Below are positions 20,777 to 30,571 of a stretch of DNA of 56,076 nt, one piece after another. Source of the DNA: a virus. Its lineage: Duplodnaviria; Caudoviricetes. The notes beneath the pieces were generated by a model, which saw only the letters and a program-made list of their open reading frames with translations, ran no database searches and was not told where the DNA came from. Each line of letters opens with the position of its first letter. The stretch's first letter is position 1. A program made the position numbers and the translations under genes. The stretch covers positions 1-56,076 of IMG/VR virus record IMGVR_UViG_3300034093_001920. The stretch is one strand, 5' to 3'.

Positions 20777-21405
20777 GCCCCAGAAAATGTTCTTTTGACG
20801 GATGTGAACGGCGGTTTTATTCGCAAGACCTTTGCCAAGCACACTATCAACAGTCGAAGCGCATAGGAGAGGTAACTGAGTTGTCCAGTAACCGCACAAA
20901 AGACACGAAAACATGTGTAGAAGAAAACTGTGCAGAAAACGTTTACTTTAGTCGCCTTTGCACCGAGCACCACTCCGTCAAACAAGCGGATAGCCCATGC
21001 TCATTTGATGGGTGTGACCGAATTGCCACGTCTAAATCCCTGTGTAAAACACACTACGGACAATTAAACGCAGGCAAAGACCTTACTCCAATACGTAAGT
21101 ATGACTCGTCACAGCCGTACGTCACCAAGGCTGGGTATGTTCTTATCTCAATGAATGGAGAGCAGATTACCGAGCACCGACTTGTTATGGAACAACATCT
21201 TGGTCGTCCCCTTAAGTCAGGCGAGAATGTTCACCACAAGAACCGCCGACGTGATGATAATCGTATTGAAAACCTGGAACTATGGTCTCAGCATCAACCG
21301 CGCGGAGCTCGAGTAGAGGATTTGCTAGAAGACGCTGTTTACGTTCTTTCCACTTACGGAGAACAATACTGGGGAAAGGATGATAGTGCCCCCGAAGATG
21401 AGTAA
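20773..21405 (+). CDS. HNH endonuclease with Cys/His repeats
   Basis: EHRLVME...VHHKN...[10 protein letters not shown], three CxxxxC...LCxxH repeats. Confidence 0.9.
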   Translation: MSPRKCSFDGCERRFYSQDLCQAHYQQSKRIGEVTELSSNRTKDTKTCVEENCAENVYFSRLCTEHHSVKQADSPCSFDGCDRIATSKSLCKTHYGQLNAGKDLTPIRKYDSSQPYVTKAGYVLISMNGEQITEHRLVMEQHLGRPLKSGENVHHKNRRRDDNRIENLELWSQHQPRGARVEDLLEDAVYVLSTYGEQYWGKDDSAPEDE

Positions 21406-21988
21406 CCCCAAGGTATTTGGAAAAGCGTTAGCACGCGGGACTAAGGTAGCGGTAGGGATTGACCAGTCGTTAACTGGTTTTGCGGTATCCGTAATCAATC
21501 TAGATAATCCAACGGACCATTTAACTTTGGTCTATAAAAGCCCGTACAACGGAGTTCAGCGCCTGTCGGATATCCAACAGTTTTTGCACAGTGAAATTAC
21601 ATCTCTTATGGACGACGGATGCAAAATAGCTGACATTGCTATGGAAGGAACTGTTTTAGCCAGCCACGCAGCCCTAGTTCTCGGAGAATTATCTGCCACA
21701 GTAAAGCTTGAGTTGTTTTTCTCTTTTGCTGGACACGCAAAGCACTTGCGAACCCCGCTGCTAGTTCCTCCCATGACCCTGAAGAAGTACGCTACGGGCA
21801 AGGGAACCTCCAAGAAGCAGGAGATGCTCATGCAGATTTACAAGCGTTGGCACGTAGAGTTTAATGACGACAACGCCGCGGATGCCTACGCCCTTGCCCG
21901 ATTAGCGGGAGGAATAGCAATAGACGCCATTGAAAAGGCAGTTGTAGAGCAAATCAAAGACCCAAAGTTCAGGGATACAATCCTTTAG
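21398..21988 (+). CDS. ruvC: RuvC-like resolvase
   Basis: [26 protein letters not shown]. Confidence 0.85.
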   Translation: MSNPKVFGKALARGTKVAVGIDQSLTGFAVSVINLDNPTDHLTLVYKSPYNGVQRLSDIQQFLHSEITSLMDDGCKIADIAMEGTVLASHAALVLGELSATVKLELFFSFAGHAKHLRTPLLVPPMTLKKYATGKGTSKKQEMLMQIYKRWHVEFNDDNAADAYALARLAGGIAIDAIEKAVVEQIKDPKFRDTIL

Positions 21989-22047
21989 ATACCCCTGTAC
22001 CATTGGTTATGAGGCGGGCGGACCCCTAATAATAAGGAATACCCCTC

Positions 22048-22335
22048 GTGACTAACATCGAAACACCAGCAGAAGAACAGTTTCTCCGCGTAAGCGCGAG
22101 TTCTAATCCACAATCCGTTGCATCCGCAATTGCACACGCAGTCTACGATACTCGCTCAGTCAAACTGCGCGCAGTAGGCGCGGGAGCGGTAAACCAATCG
22201 GTAAAGGCCATTGCCATTGCCCGTGGTTACGTCGCTCCCCGAGGTTTTGACCTCAGTTGCGTACCTGGATTTACAACGATTGATTCACGCGAAGGCGAGA
22301 TTAGCGCCATCGTGTTCACCGTGACATCCAGCTAA
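22048..22335 (+). CDS. spoVS: SpoVS-family protein
   Basis: LRVSASSNPQSVASAIA...AVGAGAVNQSVKAIAIARGYVAP.G.DL...P.F. Confidence 0.9.
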   Translation: MTNIETPAEEQFLRVSASSNPQSVASAIAHAVYDTRSVKLRAVGAGAVNQSVKAIAIARGYVAPRGFDLSCVPGFTTIDSREGEISAIVFTVTSS

Positions 22336-22373
22336 ATTACACGTACTCTAGAAGTAAGAGTAAGGAGTTCCCA

Positions 22374-22823
22374 ATGGCAAATTGGGCAAGTATTGGTCAC
22401 GGGATGCGCCGCCGTATGGGTGCACCGTCGAGCCACCATGAAGCGGCAGGAGCCAACATGACACGTCAGCACTACACCTCAGACGAAGCCTACGAGCTTG
22501 CCTCGCAGCAGTCCTCTTCGCGTATCCCCATGGGTGACGACGCGTACATGGGTTCTGGTCAGAACGATGAGTTCAGCCCCGAGCAGTTCCAAGGAACTCT
22601 CGTCCCCAAGCAAAGCACGCAGTCGATGGACCCCACCGCAGGTGGTAAGGCCAACCGCGTAAACATTGAGCGAATCGGTGCAACGTACCGTGTTACTGCT
22701 GGTGTTGCAGGTCTGGTTGACCCCACATTCGGTCCCACGCAGTCCAGCGGACGCATTGTTCCCTCGGTCCACGGTCGTAACACCATGGACTTCCAGAGCG
22801 CTGAGGAAAGCTCCTACCTCTAA
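22374..22823 (+). CDS. Hypothetical low-complexity protein
   Basis: AAGGAG SD, rich in G/S/Q. Confidence 0.65.
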   Translation: MANWASIGHGMRRRMGAPSSHHEAAGANMTRQHYTSDEAYELASQQSSSRIPMGDDAYMGSGQNDEFSPEQFQGTLVPKQSTQSMDPTAGGKANRVNIERIGATYRVTAGVAGLVDPTFGPTQSSGRIVPSVHGRNTMDFQSAEESSYL

Positions 22824-22832
22824 GGAGTAACC

Positions 22833-23111
22833 ATGGGACTCTTGTCCTTCCAGCACCAGACTGGTCAGCAGTACTTGGGTAAAGCAATGAACTCGGGTAT
22901 CGACGTTCCTGGCGGCGGCGGTTACAACGACGCAACTAGCGCAACTCTTCAGGACGACCGACCTTTAGCCCTGTCAGCAACGACAATGGGTTCATTTGGA
23001 GCAGGAACTTCTTGGCGAAGCAAGCACATTGGTCTAAAAGGTATTCAAAAGGGTAACGTCGGTTCGACAATTAACTTTAATACTAATCAAGTTGACCCGA
23101 ACGTAAGGTAA
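22833..23111 (+). CDS. Hypothetical Gly-rich protein
   Basis: AAGGAG SD. Confidence 0.6.
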   Translation: MGLLSFQHQTGQQYLGKAMNSGIDVPGGGGYNDATSATLQDDRPLALSATTMGSFGAGTSWRSKHIGLKGIQKGNVGSTINFNTNQVDPNVR

Positions 23112-23115
23112 GCAG

Positions 23116-23886
23116 ATGCCCGCAAACTTTCCCGACATGTTCCAAGGAGCACAGTTTGGTCGCGATGGAAACGTTCCCTTTGCAGCCCAGGGAGCTCAGT
23201 ACTACGCAAATATCCACATGGGTCAAGTTCGCGACGCCGAAGATATCCGTCGCTCCGTAGTCAACATTCACCAAGCCAAAGACATCAGCCGCGCCTACCA
23301 GGCAGCGCCAACGTATCAGCCTGAAGCCGAACAACACTGGCGTAAACTTGCCGAGGAAACAAAGCACCAGTTTGACTTTCTTACAGGTTCCGAGCGCCGC
23401 GGAGGACTTGGGGTAGACGTTGAGGTCCACCCCAATGACCCGTATGTTAAGTTCTCGGGAGCACCTGACCCCCACGGTATGATGGTTGACCTTAACCAGA
23501 ACCGCCGAGTAAAGGTTCTTGCTACCGCCACAACGGGAAGCCACCCGTTCTTATCAAACGACGAGAACGACATGTTTCGCGCAATTCACGATGTGTTTGG
23601 TCACGCAGCAACAGGACGCCCATTTGACCCGCACGGCGAAGAAGCAGCCTACCGCAGCCACGCCTCGATGTTTTCTCCTGAAGCCCGCATCGCAATGGCG
23701 GCAGAAACTCGCGGTCAAAACTCTGTCAACAACTTTGGCGGTCTTCCTCGTGGCGAATATGCCGAGCAAAAGGTCGCAATTATTCCTAACATTAACGACG
23801 TTATGCCAATCACTAACCCGCACCAATTCAACGTGGCGCAGGTACAGGCACGACGGTCGATGCGGTATGCCTTCGGAAGGAGCTAG
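23116..23886 (+). CDS. Phage protein with FRAxHDxxGH domain (zincin-like?)
   Basis: NDMFRAIHDVFGH...GEEAA..SH...ETRGQNS. Confidence 0.6.
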   Translation: MPANFPDMFQGAQFGRDGNVPFAAQGAQYYANIHMGQVRDAEDIRRSVVNIHQAKDISRAYQAAPTYQPEAEQHWRKLAEETKHQFDFLTGSERRGGLGVDVEVHPNDPYVKFSGAPDPHGMMVDLNQNRRVKVLATATTGSHPFLSNDENDMFRAIHDVFGHAATGRPFDPHGEEAAYRSHASMFSPEARIAMAAETRGQNSVNNFGGLPRGEYAEQKVAIIPNINDVMPITNPHQFNVAQVQARRSMRYAFGRS

Positions 23887-23889
23887 CCC

Positions 23890-24411
23890 ATGACGGGAAT
23901 GTCTCCTTCACAGAACTGGCAATCCCTTGGCGGTAACGGTTTCAACGGTTACAACAACCAAGGTGGATTCGGTGGTCCAGTAGCGCGTGGTGAACTTGAC
24001 GGTATCCGTATGGGTATTGGAAGCGTGCCTTCCGCCGAGTACCCTGACGGATACCTCGGAACCATGCGCAGCCGCCGCGATGACCGCCTGTTGGACAGCA
24101 TCAAGAATCGTGTCGGACAGAAGTCGTACCAGCGCGGTGTCCACAAGGGTGAGCGTGTTGAGGCGTCTGCATACTTTTGGTCACCTGACTTTAACTCTCA
24201 GAGTGGTATCAAGCGCCAGATGAAGTCTAAGTTGGTCAATGTAAACGGTGTTAACGTCTGGATGCAACCCCGTAGCGCACCTCGTATCGACCTTGTGCCC
24301 GCACCTCACCTTGTCAACGACGGTAAGGCGAACACTGTGGCAAACAGTCCCGCAGAGTTTAACGTGCAGCGTGCCAGCCACATGGCGTACCTCAAGCCTG
24401 TTTGGGGATAG
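23890..24411 (+). CDS. Hypothetical protein
   Basis: Full-length ORF in the operon, YPDGYLG motif. Confidence 0.6.
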   Translation: MTGMSPSQNWQSLGGNGFNGYNNQGGFGGPVARGELDGIRMGIGSVPSAEYPDGYLGTMRSRRDDRLLDSIKNRVGQKSYQRGVHKGERVEASAYFWSPDFNSQSGIKRQMKSKLVNVNGVNVWMQPRSAPRIDLVPAPHLVNDGKANTVANSPAEFNVQRASHMAYLKPVWG

Positions 24412-24413
24412 CC

Positions 24414-25088
24414 ATGGCGTACATTTCTACCGACGTTTTTGCACAAAAGCTTACTGACAAAGGCAAAAAAGTATGGGCTCCCGAGATTGCTGCTGAAGCG
24501 TTTCCTTCCCATGTCGAAAACATCATCCGTAAGAGTGAGGCAGCTACGCCTGCCGACCGTAAACACGGAGAAATGTGGTATCGAGACGCTCACATCCAGT
24601 CTTTTGCTGTCGGACAGGGAAACATTGAACGGGGAGCGGGAATTATTGCCGCATTATCGCCGCGTGCCCCGTGGGATGACAACATCGCCGCCGCTCGCCG
24701 TCTCTCTCAAACAGGGGAATCCTGGGAAAAGCACACTTTGCACGCGCAAGACAAGGGTCAGGTTGCTGTCCAAAACGCCAAAGCACTTCGAATTCTTGCG
24801 GGTGAGCATCCGTTAGACGTTCTCGGAGGCATGAAAGAGCGTTCTTTTTACCACAATATTCTTGACCCAGAGAACCCAGAGCACATTACTATTGACAAGC
24901 ACGCCCACGATATTGCTATGGGAATCCCGCAAGGAGTCCGCCGCACCATTCCAGAACTTGGATTAGGTGCTAAGGGTCGATACCAGCACTTTTCCGACGC
25001 GTACCGCGCTGCTGCGGACGCGTCTGGATTTGTTATCCCGAACGTCCTTCAAGCAACCACGTGGGTCGCCCACCGAGAGGGTCGATAA
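24414..25088 (+). CDS. HhH-glycosylase-like phage protein (DUF7178-like)
   Basis: G..WY, AALSP...W..N, K..SFY.NI, TID.HA, Y...AY..AA, LQA.TW. Confidence 0.6.
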   Translation: MAYISTDVFAQKLTDKGKKVWAPEIAAEAFPSHVENIIRKSEAATPADRKHGEMWYRDAHIQSFAVGQGNIERGAGIIAALSPRAPWDDNIAAARRLSQTGESWEKHTLHAQDKGQVAVQNAKALRILAGEHPLDVLGGMKERSFYHNILDPENPEHITIDKHAHDIAMGIPQGVRRTIPELGLGAKGRYQHFSDAYRAAADASGFVIPNVLQATTWVAHREGR

Positions 25089-25450
25089 TGCCACAGTCAG
25101 TTGATGGAGTATACGACTACACCAAGCCATGGCGTGGTACAGAGCCGTCAGACGTCGTACAAAAGCGGTGGACGTACGCTGGTCCGTGGGCGTCTAACGA
25201 AGAACGCCTTACACAGCAAGCAATTGCGGTAGGAACGCTGACCGCTTCACAGATTCAGGAGATGGTTCGCCCCAATCTCCCACAGATTCGGTTGTTTCCC
25301 GACCGATTTGGGTACGGAGACCGTACTCAACCCACAATCGAGGATGTTGTATCCGCAGACCGCGTGTACATGGAGCCTCGAGTTTCTTGGTACTCAGGCG
25401 GAGTTGGAGACTTCTCTGGTTCCAGCCGCAATAGTTTGCAGGATATCTAA
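25088..25450 (+). CDS. Hypothetical protein
   Basis: TAATG coupling on both sides. Confidence 0.6.
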   Translation: MPQSVDGVYDYTKPWRGTEPSDVVQKRWTYAGPWASNEERLTQQAIAVGTLTASQIQEMVRPNLPQIRLFPDRFGYGDRTQPTIEDVVSADRVYMEPRVSWYSGGVGDFSGSSRNSLQDI

Positions 25451-25632
25451 TGAACCCAGTCCCAAATCGCGCCCCGAAGTACGTTCCAGTTCGTAATGAA
25501 GAACTTCACCGTGCCATGCTAGAATTGAGGCAGGGCAGCCGTACATCCCCACAGGATACGGACAAAAATCGTAACAACAGAACGCGCAAAGCATCAAAGC
25601 GCTCTGCGATTAAAGAAAGCATGGATAGCTGA
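25450..25632 (+). CDS. Small basic protein
   Basis: Rich in R/K, coupled. Confidence 0.55.
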   Translation: MNPVPNRAPKYVPVRNEELHRAMLELRQGSRTSPQDTDKNRNNRTRKASKRSAIKESMDS

Positions 25633-26036
25633 TGAAGAAGATTTTAGGAGCACGTCTCGACACTGTTGTCGACCCAGTAAATGATTCGGACTGGTTTGGA
25701 CAGGAAGAACGTGAGTCGTACCCTATGTCGTCGGAACTTCACGCAGGAATGGCCCAGTACATCGGTGCTCTTCGCGCAGAGTGGTCAAACCCTAACAACG
25801 GTGCTTACGTTGCTGCCCAGCATGACCTTCGTTCTGCTGACACATCTGTTCGCGCAAGCGTAGAGGCCCACGCCAAGGGAGACTTCCATCTAGCGACTCA
25901 GCACCTCGAAGCCGCCGCGCTTCGTATTGAGTCCGCAGACTCTAAAGCCAACGCTGAAAGCCCCGCACTTCGCGGAGTTGAGCCAATCCACGCTGTAGTA
26001 GCGGCGTACAAGCACAAGGTCAAGGACTACATCTAA
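25632..26036 (+). CDS. Helical hypothetical protein
   Basis: Coupled. Shares a helical motif with 26505 and 27055. Confidence 0.6.
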   Translation: MKKILGARLDTVVDPVNDSDWFGQEERESYPMSSELHAGMAQYIGALRAEWSNPNNGAYVAAQHDLRSADTSVRASVEAHAKGDFHLATQHLEAAALRIESADSKANAESPALRGVEPIHAVVAAYKHKVKDYI

Positions 26037-26236
26037 TGGACCTCGATGGCGGCGGATACACTCTCGACTTACAGGCACAGAAAATAGCAGAAAATGCTAT
26101 CCTGTATAGAGGTTCTGCCCCATGCCCCATGTGCGGAATCATCATGGACCCAGTGAAATACATGTACAGCCGTGGGTTGTGCGAACCCTGCGATAACGAC
26201 CGCAGGACCAAGCGGTTGAAAGGACGAATCGTCTAA
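26036..26236 (+). CDS. Small zinc-finger protein
   Basis: CPMC...CEPC. Confidence 0.6.
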   Translation: MDLDGGGYTLDLQAQKIAENAILYRGSAPCPMCGIIMDPVKYMYSRGLCEPCDNDRRTKRLKGRIV

Positions 26237-26505
26237 TGGTTAAGACAGCAGTCGGAGGCATGGAGCCCGAAGACCCGCGCATGCACCCAAACGCCGAGGC
26301 ATACCTAAAGCGCAACACAGTTGACCGACGTTTTGGTCGTACAGGGATGAACGTTGAGCGCGTGTACCCTAGCGGTGCATACCGCATTGGGCACAATGAT
26401 GCGCCCTACGAGTCAAACAAAGATTACTACGGTTACCCCAAGCGCGAGGCAATGGACGTCCACGCCAAGTACCTCCGCAACAAGTACCCTCGAGGTGAAT
26501 ACTGA
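26236..26505 (+). CDS. Hypothetical protein
   Basis: Coupled. Confidence 0.55.
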   Translation: MVKTAVGGMEPEDPRMHPNAEAYLKRNTVDRRFGRTGMNVERVYPSGAYRIGHNDAPYESNKDYYGYPKREAMDVHAKYLRNKYPRGEY

Positions 26506-26828
26506 TGAACGAACACCACCAAGATATGATTGACCTCGCCAATGATGTCGATGATATTGCAGAGCGACAGGACCTTGACCAGCCCATTCGCGGTCAGTTC
26601 CGTAAAGCCAACAGCGACGCAATGGGTGCAATCTTTGACTCGCACGACCACCACGAGAATGGGAATACGCAAGCCGCCCATGCAGGTCTTCTTGTCGCTG
26701 CTCGACACGTTATTAACTCCGCAAAGCTGGTTGAAGGTGCTGCAGGATACCGCATCCCCGAGCTTGCAGGTATAAAGAACAACGCTGAAATTTACGCAAA
26801 CCAATACAAGAATGCATTTAGGAGCTAA
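26505..26828 (+). CDS. Helical hypothetical protein
   Basis: Coupled, GAGGTG SD. Confidence 0.6.
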   Translation: MNEHHQDMIDLANDVDDIAERQDLDQPIRGQFRKANSDAMGAIFDSHDHHENGNTQAAHAGLLVAARHVINSAKLVEGAAGYRIPELAGIKNNAEIYANQYKNAFRS

Positions 26829-26830
26829 TC

Positions 26831-27043
26831 ATGGCAGTAAACACATCACGTTCAATGAACGCGGGCCTCAAAGAAGGTTCGACAGACGGCAAGTACCGCA
26901 AGGCTCGCCCCGATACTGAGGTCGGAGACACCCTCGGTAACGAGAAGACCCTCGACAACAAGCAGACACTTCACCCGTTCTACGGATACGGGTTCGCTAC
27001 ATCGGAATACCCCGATGAAGCAAAAGTAAACCCTGGTAAGTAA
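26831..27043 (+). CDS. Small hypothetical protein
   Basis: AGGAG SD. Confidence 0.6.
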   Translation: MAVNTSRSMNAGLKEGSTDGKYRKARPDTEVGDTLGNEKTLDNKQTLHPFYGYGFATSEYPDEAKVNPGK

Positions 27044-27054
27044 GGACTACAATC

Positions 27055-28572
27055 ATGGCAGAGAAGAAGCCCGCGGCTAAGAAGCCCGCAGCAAAAGCGC
27101 CCGCTAAGAAGCCCGCAGCAGCACCCGCTGCTCCTGCCAAGACGCCTCTTCGCGCCTCAGAGACCCGCACATCGGGTCAATTTGACGCCTCTGGTGTTGA
27201 GTTAAGCAATGCCGATGCAGGCAAGATTGCTGGAGAAGTTATTCTTCGACCAGCGGGAGCTACTCGTGGCGGAAAAACAAAGGCAGCAAATCAAAAACTA
27301 GACCTACCTTCCCGCCCAATTGGTTCTGTCCGAACCGTTGGAGGTCAACGAGTTAAACTGGTCAAAGGCGAAGGTGTAGACACCAAAGAACTGGCAAAGT
27401 TTTCTGCCGAAACTGACGCCGCCATTGCCGCGAAGAAACTTGCTGACCGTACCCGCAAGGGAGCCTCAGCCACAATCGACGCCCCCGCACCCCGTAAGTT
27501 CAAGACGGGACGAGTTGCCAAAGCCAGTGCCGTTAAAGAAACTGCCGCCAAGCGTACTCCTTCTGCCCGTAAAGTTCAGCGCGATGCCCAAGCCGCAGCA
27601 GCCGAAGCAGCAACAAGGCCAGTAGAGAAGACCGCCAGTGACTACTTGGGCGCAGCAGAGCGTCAGGTAAAAGAGATTGTCCCCGTATGGCACTCTCCCG
27701 CCAGCGACTTGCTCACGCGTTTCTCAAACACGCCTCACACCCGTACAATGAAACTTGTCAGTGCGATTGACGCGAAGATTGGCTACAACGGAGAAAACCT
27801 CCCCAGCAGCATCTCTCCTGAGGTTCGCCAAGAAGTGTCCGCACGCATGGCGTCTGTAAAAGAAAGTCACAACCGTGCGTACCACGCAGCCATTACGGGT
27901 GACCCCGTAGCATCTCTACAGCGCGCACACGAAGCACACGAGACCCTCCAGAGTGTCGGATACATCTTGAGTCAAGACCCAGAAGCCAACAAGACCCGCG
28001 CGCTGTCGGTTGCACGAGACATTGTTGCTCCAATTAAGCAGCACGGGGATATTGTCAAGCGCGCTCTGTCCGACCAAAAGAAGAACATGAGCATCGAGAC
28101 CACTGACCCTCAGTGGAAAACCGCCGATAGCGTAATGGGACTTCGCAATGAGAAGACCACCGTTAAAGAAGGTCCGTATGCAGGTCTTCGACCAGCAAAA
28201 GACTTCCGAACCCCTGACGCACGCAATTCCCGTCGCGGGCACGCCATTTTCCCCACGATTAAAACTTTGGTAACGACTGCTATGAACCACTCAGCAGACC
28301 CTCGCGACCAGATGCACGCAGAGAGGCTTCTCCAAACCGCTCGAGGCTTTGGTGGAGCAGTAGAGTCGGGAGACCGTACTGCAGCCGTAAACCTCGGTCA
28401 GCAGACCCTGATGCACTTGTCAGCTCTTCACAACAGCGTTCGTAACCAATTGAACTCTCGTTACCCTGCTGGCTACTTGGGAAACCGCGTTGTCAACCTG
28501 TACGCAAACACCCTTGCGCAGCACCACGATATTGCTGCTGACCGCATTAAAGAAATCTTGGGAGAAAAGTAA
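27055..28572 (+). CDS. Protein with histone-H1-like K/P/A N-terminus and helical C-terminal repeats
   Basis: KKPAAKKPAAKAPAKKPAA. Confidence 0.65.
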   Translation: MAEKKPAAKKPAAKAPAKKPAAAPAAPAKTPLRASETRTSGQFDASGVELSNADAGKIAGEVILRPAGATRGGKTKAANQKLDLPSRPIGSVRTVGGQRVKLVKGEGVDTKELAKFSAETDAAIAAKKLADRTRKGASATIDAPAPRKFKTGRVAKASAVKETAAKRTPSARKVQRDAQAAAAEAATRPVEKTASDYLGAAERQVKEIVPVWHSPASDLLTRFSNTPHTRTMKLVSAIDAKIGYNGENLPSSISPEVRQEVSARMASVKESHNRAYHAAITGDPVASLQRAHEAHETLQSVGYILSQDPEANKTRALSVARDIVAPIKQHGDIVKRALSDQKKNMSIETTDPQWKTADSVMGLRNEKTTVKEGPYAGLRPAKDFRTPDARNSRRGHAIFPTIKTLVTTAMNHSADPRDQMHAERLLQTARGFGGAVESGDRTAAVNLGQQTLMHLSALHNSVRNQLNSRYPAGYLGNRVVNLYANTLAQHHDIAADRIKEILGEK

Positions 28573-28799
28573 TGTCAGAGAACGACGCAAAGCGATTTAT
28601 TGCTGAAAACACTAGCGACCGCCGCAAGACGACTACCGTTGTTCGAATGATGCGCAACGTTGGCGGTCAAGAACCTTTTACGATGGACCTTTGCCCTTCG
28701 TGCGTCGGCATCTACACCAAGTCTGGTGACTTTGACAAATCCGACTCCAGCCACCTTGTGCATGGAGGAACTTGCGAGCACTGTGGAGCGCAAGCGTAG
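28572..28799 (+). CDS. Small zinc-finger protein
   Basis: CPSC...CEHC. Confidence 0.55.
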   Translation: MSENDAKRFIAENTSDRRKTTTVVRMMRNVGGQEPFTMDLCPSCVGIYTKSGDFDKSDSSHLVHGGTCEHCGAQA

Positions 28800-28835
28800 T
28801 ATAGACTAAACCGTAACACTTACTAGGAGCACAAC

Positions 28836-29393
28836 ATGGCAGAAATCCCCCTTATTGGTTCGCGCAATCTTGATGACGGTCCAGTCATCAGACTGCTGTA
28901 TTGCCTTGTCTGCAAGAGCCTCGAAGAACTCCCTATGCACCACGGACCGTCAGATACCGACACTCTTCTCCAGATTTCTGTTGAGAAGCACGTATTTCCC
29001 TCGGGTGACCCGCATACGGGCAAACTCTTTGTCATCCCTGTAAAGATGTGGGCAGAGCCAAAGAACAAGAAGGCTATTATTCAGCAACTCAAGGGCGGTG
29101 GCTCAGAGGGGCTTGCGGAGATTGACCCCGATTATTACGACACTAAAATGACGTTTCACGAAGACGCCATGAAGTGCTGGGAAGCGCACAGCCGTCCTGG
29201 AGACAAGACTGTTGGTTGTGGAGATTATCAGTCAGAGAGCAAGCGTCTTCTTCCCAACACGGAGAAAGAACGCCGTGACCTTGGGCTTCCCTCCGCAGCC
29301 GAGAGCAGCCTCAAAGTGTACCTGTGCCAGTTCTGCCCGTATCAGCAGCGCGTAATTGAAACAAAGCGATTTGAGCAAGGAATGTACAACTAA
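28836..29393 (+). CDS. Cys/His-containing hypothetical protein
   Basis: CLVC, C..H...C, CQFCP. AGGAG SD; TAGACT -10 at 28802. Confidence 0.65.
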   Translation: MAEIPLIGSRNLDDGPVIRLLYCLVCKSLEELPMHHGPSDTDTLLQISVEKHVFPSGDPHTGKLFVIPVKMWAEPKNKKAIIQQLKGGGSEGLAEIDPDYYDTKMTFHEDAMKCWEAHSRPGDKTVGCGDYQSESKRLLPNTEKERRDLGLPSAAESSLKVYLCQFCPYQQRVIETKRFEQGMYN

Positions 29394-29617
29394 TGGACAT
29401 GTTTACCGTTTCGCTCAACAACAATCGGGAGTATGTCGTCACAACTACCGAGGCTAGCCTTACGGATGAGGATGTCTTTCACATTCTCCGTCGGATGGTT
29501 TTTGACATGGAACAGAAGCGTTTGGCTAAAGAACTTGCGGGCCAGGTAGCTCCTTCAGAAAGTAACGTCGCTAGTCTTATCCGTAAGCGTTTGTCCGACA
29601 GAAAAACTAATTCATAA
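29393..29617 (+). CDS. Hypothetical protein
   Basis: TAATG coupling. Confidence 0.55.
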   Translation: MDMFTVSLNNNREYVVTTTEASLTDEDVFHILRRMVFDMEQKRLAKELAGQVAPSESNVASLIRKRLSDRKTNS

Positions 29618-29649
29618 CATTTCCACCAGAACAGTGCTAGACTGTACAC

Positions 29650-30555
29650 ATGGTTGGTGAAAGTTACTCTACGTCGTATTTCAGTACGCCGTCAAACTCC
29701 CTTGACCCCACGTTGTTCGAGGGGCGTAACTTGCGTTCGCCTATTCGGCAGGGAATCATGACCCTCATCAACGACTTTTTAGGGCGCAAGTACCGTCACC
29801 CTGAGTTTTGGTCGCACCCGTGGCTCGCTGGCTCTGCTGTATCGTACCAATGGGAAGCCTCTCGGCAACCTGGAGACTTAGATTGTCTCGTAGGTGTCGA
29901 CTTTGTTCAATTCCGTAAGGCTAATCCAGAGTTTGCTGGGCTGTCCGACAACGAGGTCGCGTACGAAATCAACGACGATTTTCGCAATGGGCTTCAGCCA
30001 AAGACTGCTGATTGGAACGGGTTTGAACTTACCTTTTATGTAAACCCAGGTGGGGCAGACATCCGCGACATCAAACCCTACGCCGCATACGATTTAAAAT
30101 ACGATGAATGGACAGTAACTCCTAGCCCGCTGGCTTCTCCCCCCGCCGCCCCTGCTTGGGAAACGTCTGTTAGCGCAGACAAGGCTATGGCGTCGCAGAT
30201 TGTTGCGCGGTATCTAGCGGCTCTCAATTCAGCGCAAATTTCGACATCTGAAGCAACCCGCCGCAACGCAGAGACCAACATGAAGATGTCTATGGAACAG
30301 GCTATCAACATGTTTGAGGACATTCACATGGGTCGCCGCTTGGCGTTCTCTACGGATGGCGAAGGCTATGCAGACTTCCACAACTACCGCTGGCAGGCAG
30401 CAAAGCGTGAGGGAATCATCCAGCAACTTAAGCCAATACGCGATAAGGCTATGGATGTCGCCTCACAGACTGCTCAGGAACTCTACGGAGTTGATTTGCC
30501 CGATACAACTACCCTCATTCGTCGCGCGGCTTTGTACGGAAAGAGACCGCAGTAA
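29650..30555 (+). CDS. Pol-beta-superfamily nucleotidyltransferase
   Basis: hAGS...GDLD...E.TFYV. Leaderless TGcTAGACT-N6-ATG. Confidence 0.75.
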   Translation: MVGESYSTSYFSTPSNSLDPTLFEGRNLRSPIRQGIMTLINDFLGRKYRHPEFWSHPWLAGSAVSYQWEASRQPGDLDCLVGVDFVQFRKANPEFAGLSDNEVAYEINDDFRNGLQPKTADWNGFELTFYVNPGGADIRDIKPYAAYDLKYDEWTVTPSPLASPPAAPAWETSVSADKAMASQIVARYLAALNSAQISTSEATRRNAETNMKMSMEQAINMFEDIHMGRRLAFSTDGEGYADFHNYRWQAAKREGIIQQLKPIRDKAMDVASQTAQELYGVDLPDTTTLIRRAALYGKRPQ

Positions 30556-30571
30556 CGACTAGGCTTACTTC

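Noticed and set aside
20773-21405. HNH gene as an intron- or intein-borne element
   Set aside because: Free-standing, overlapping intact neighbours
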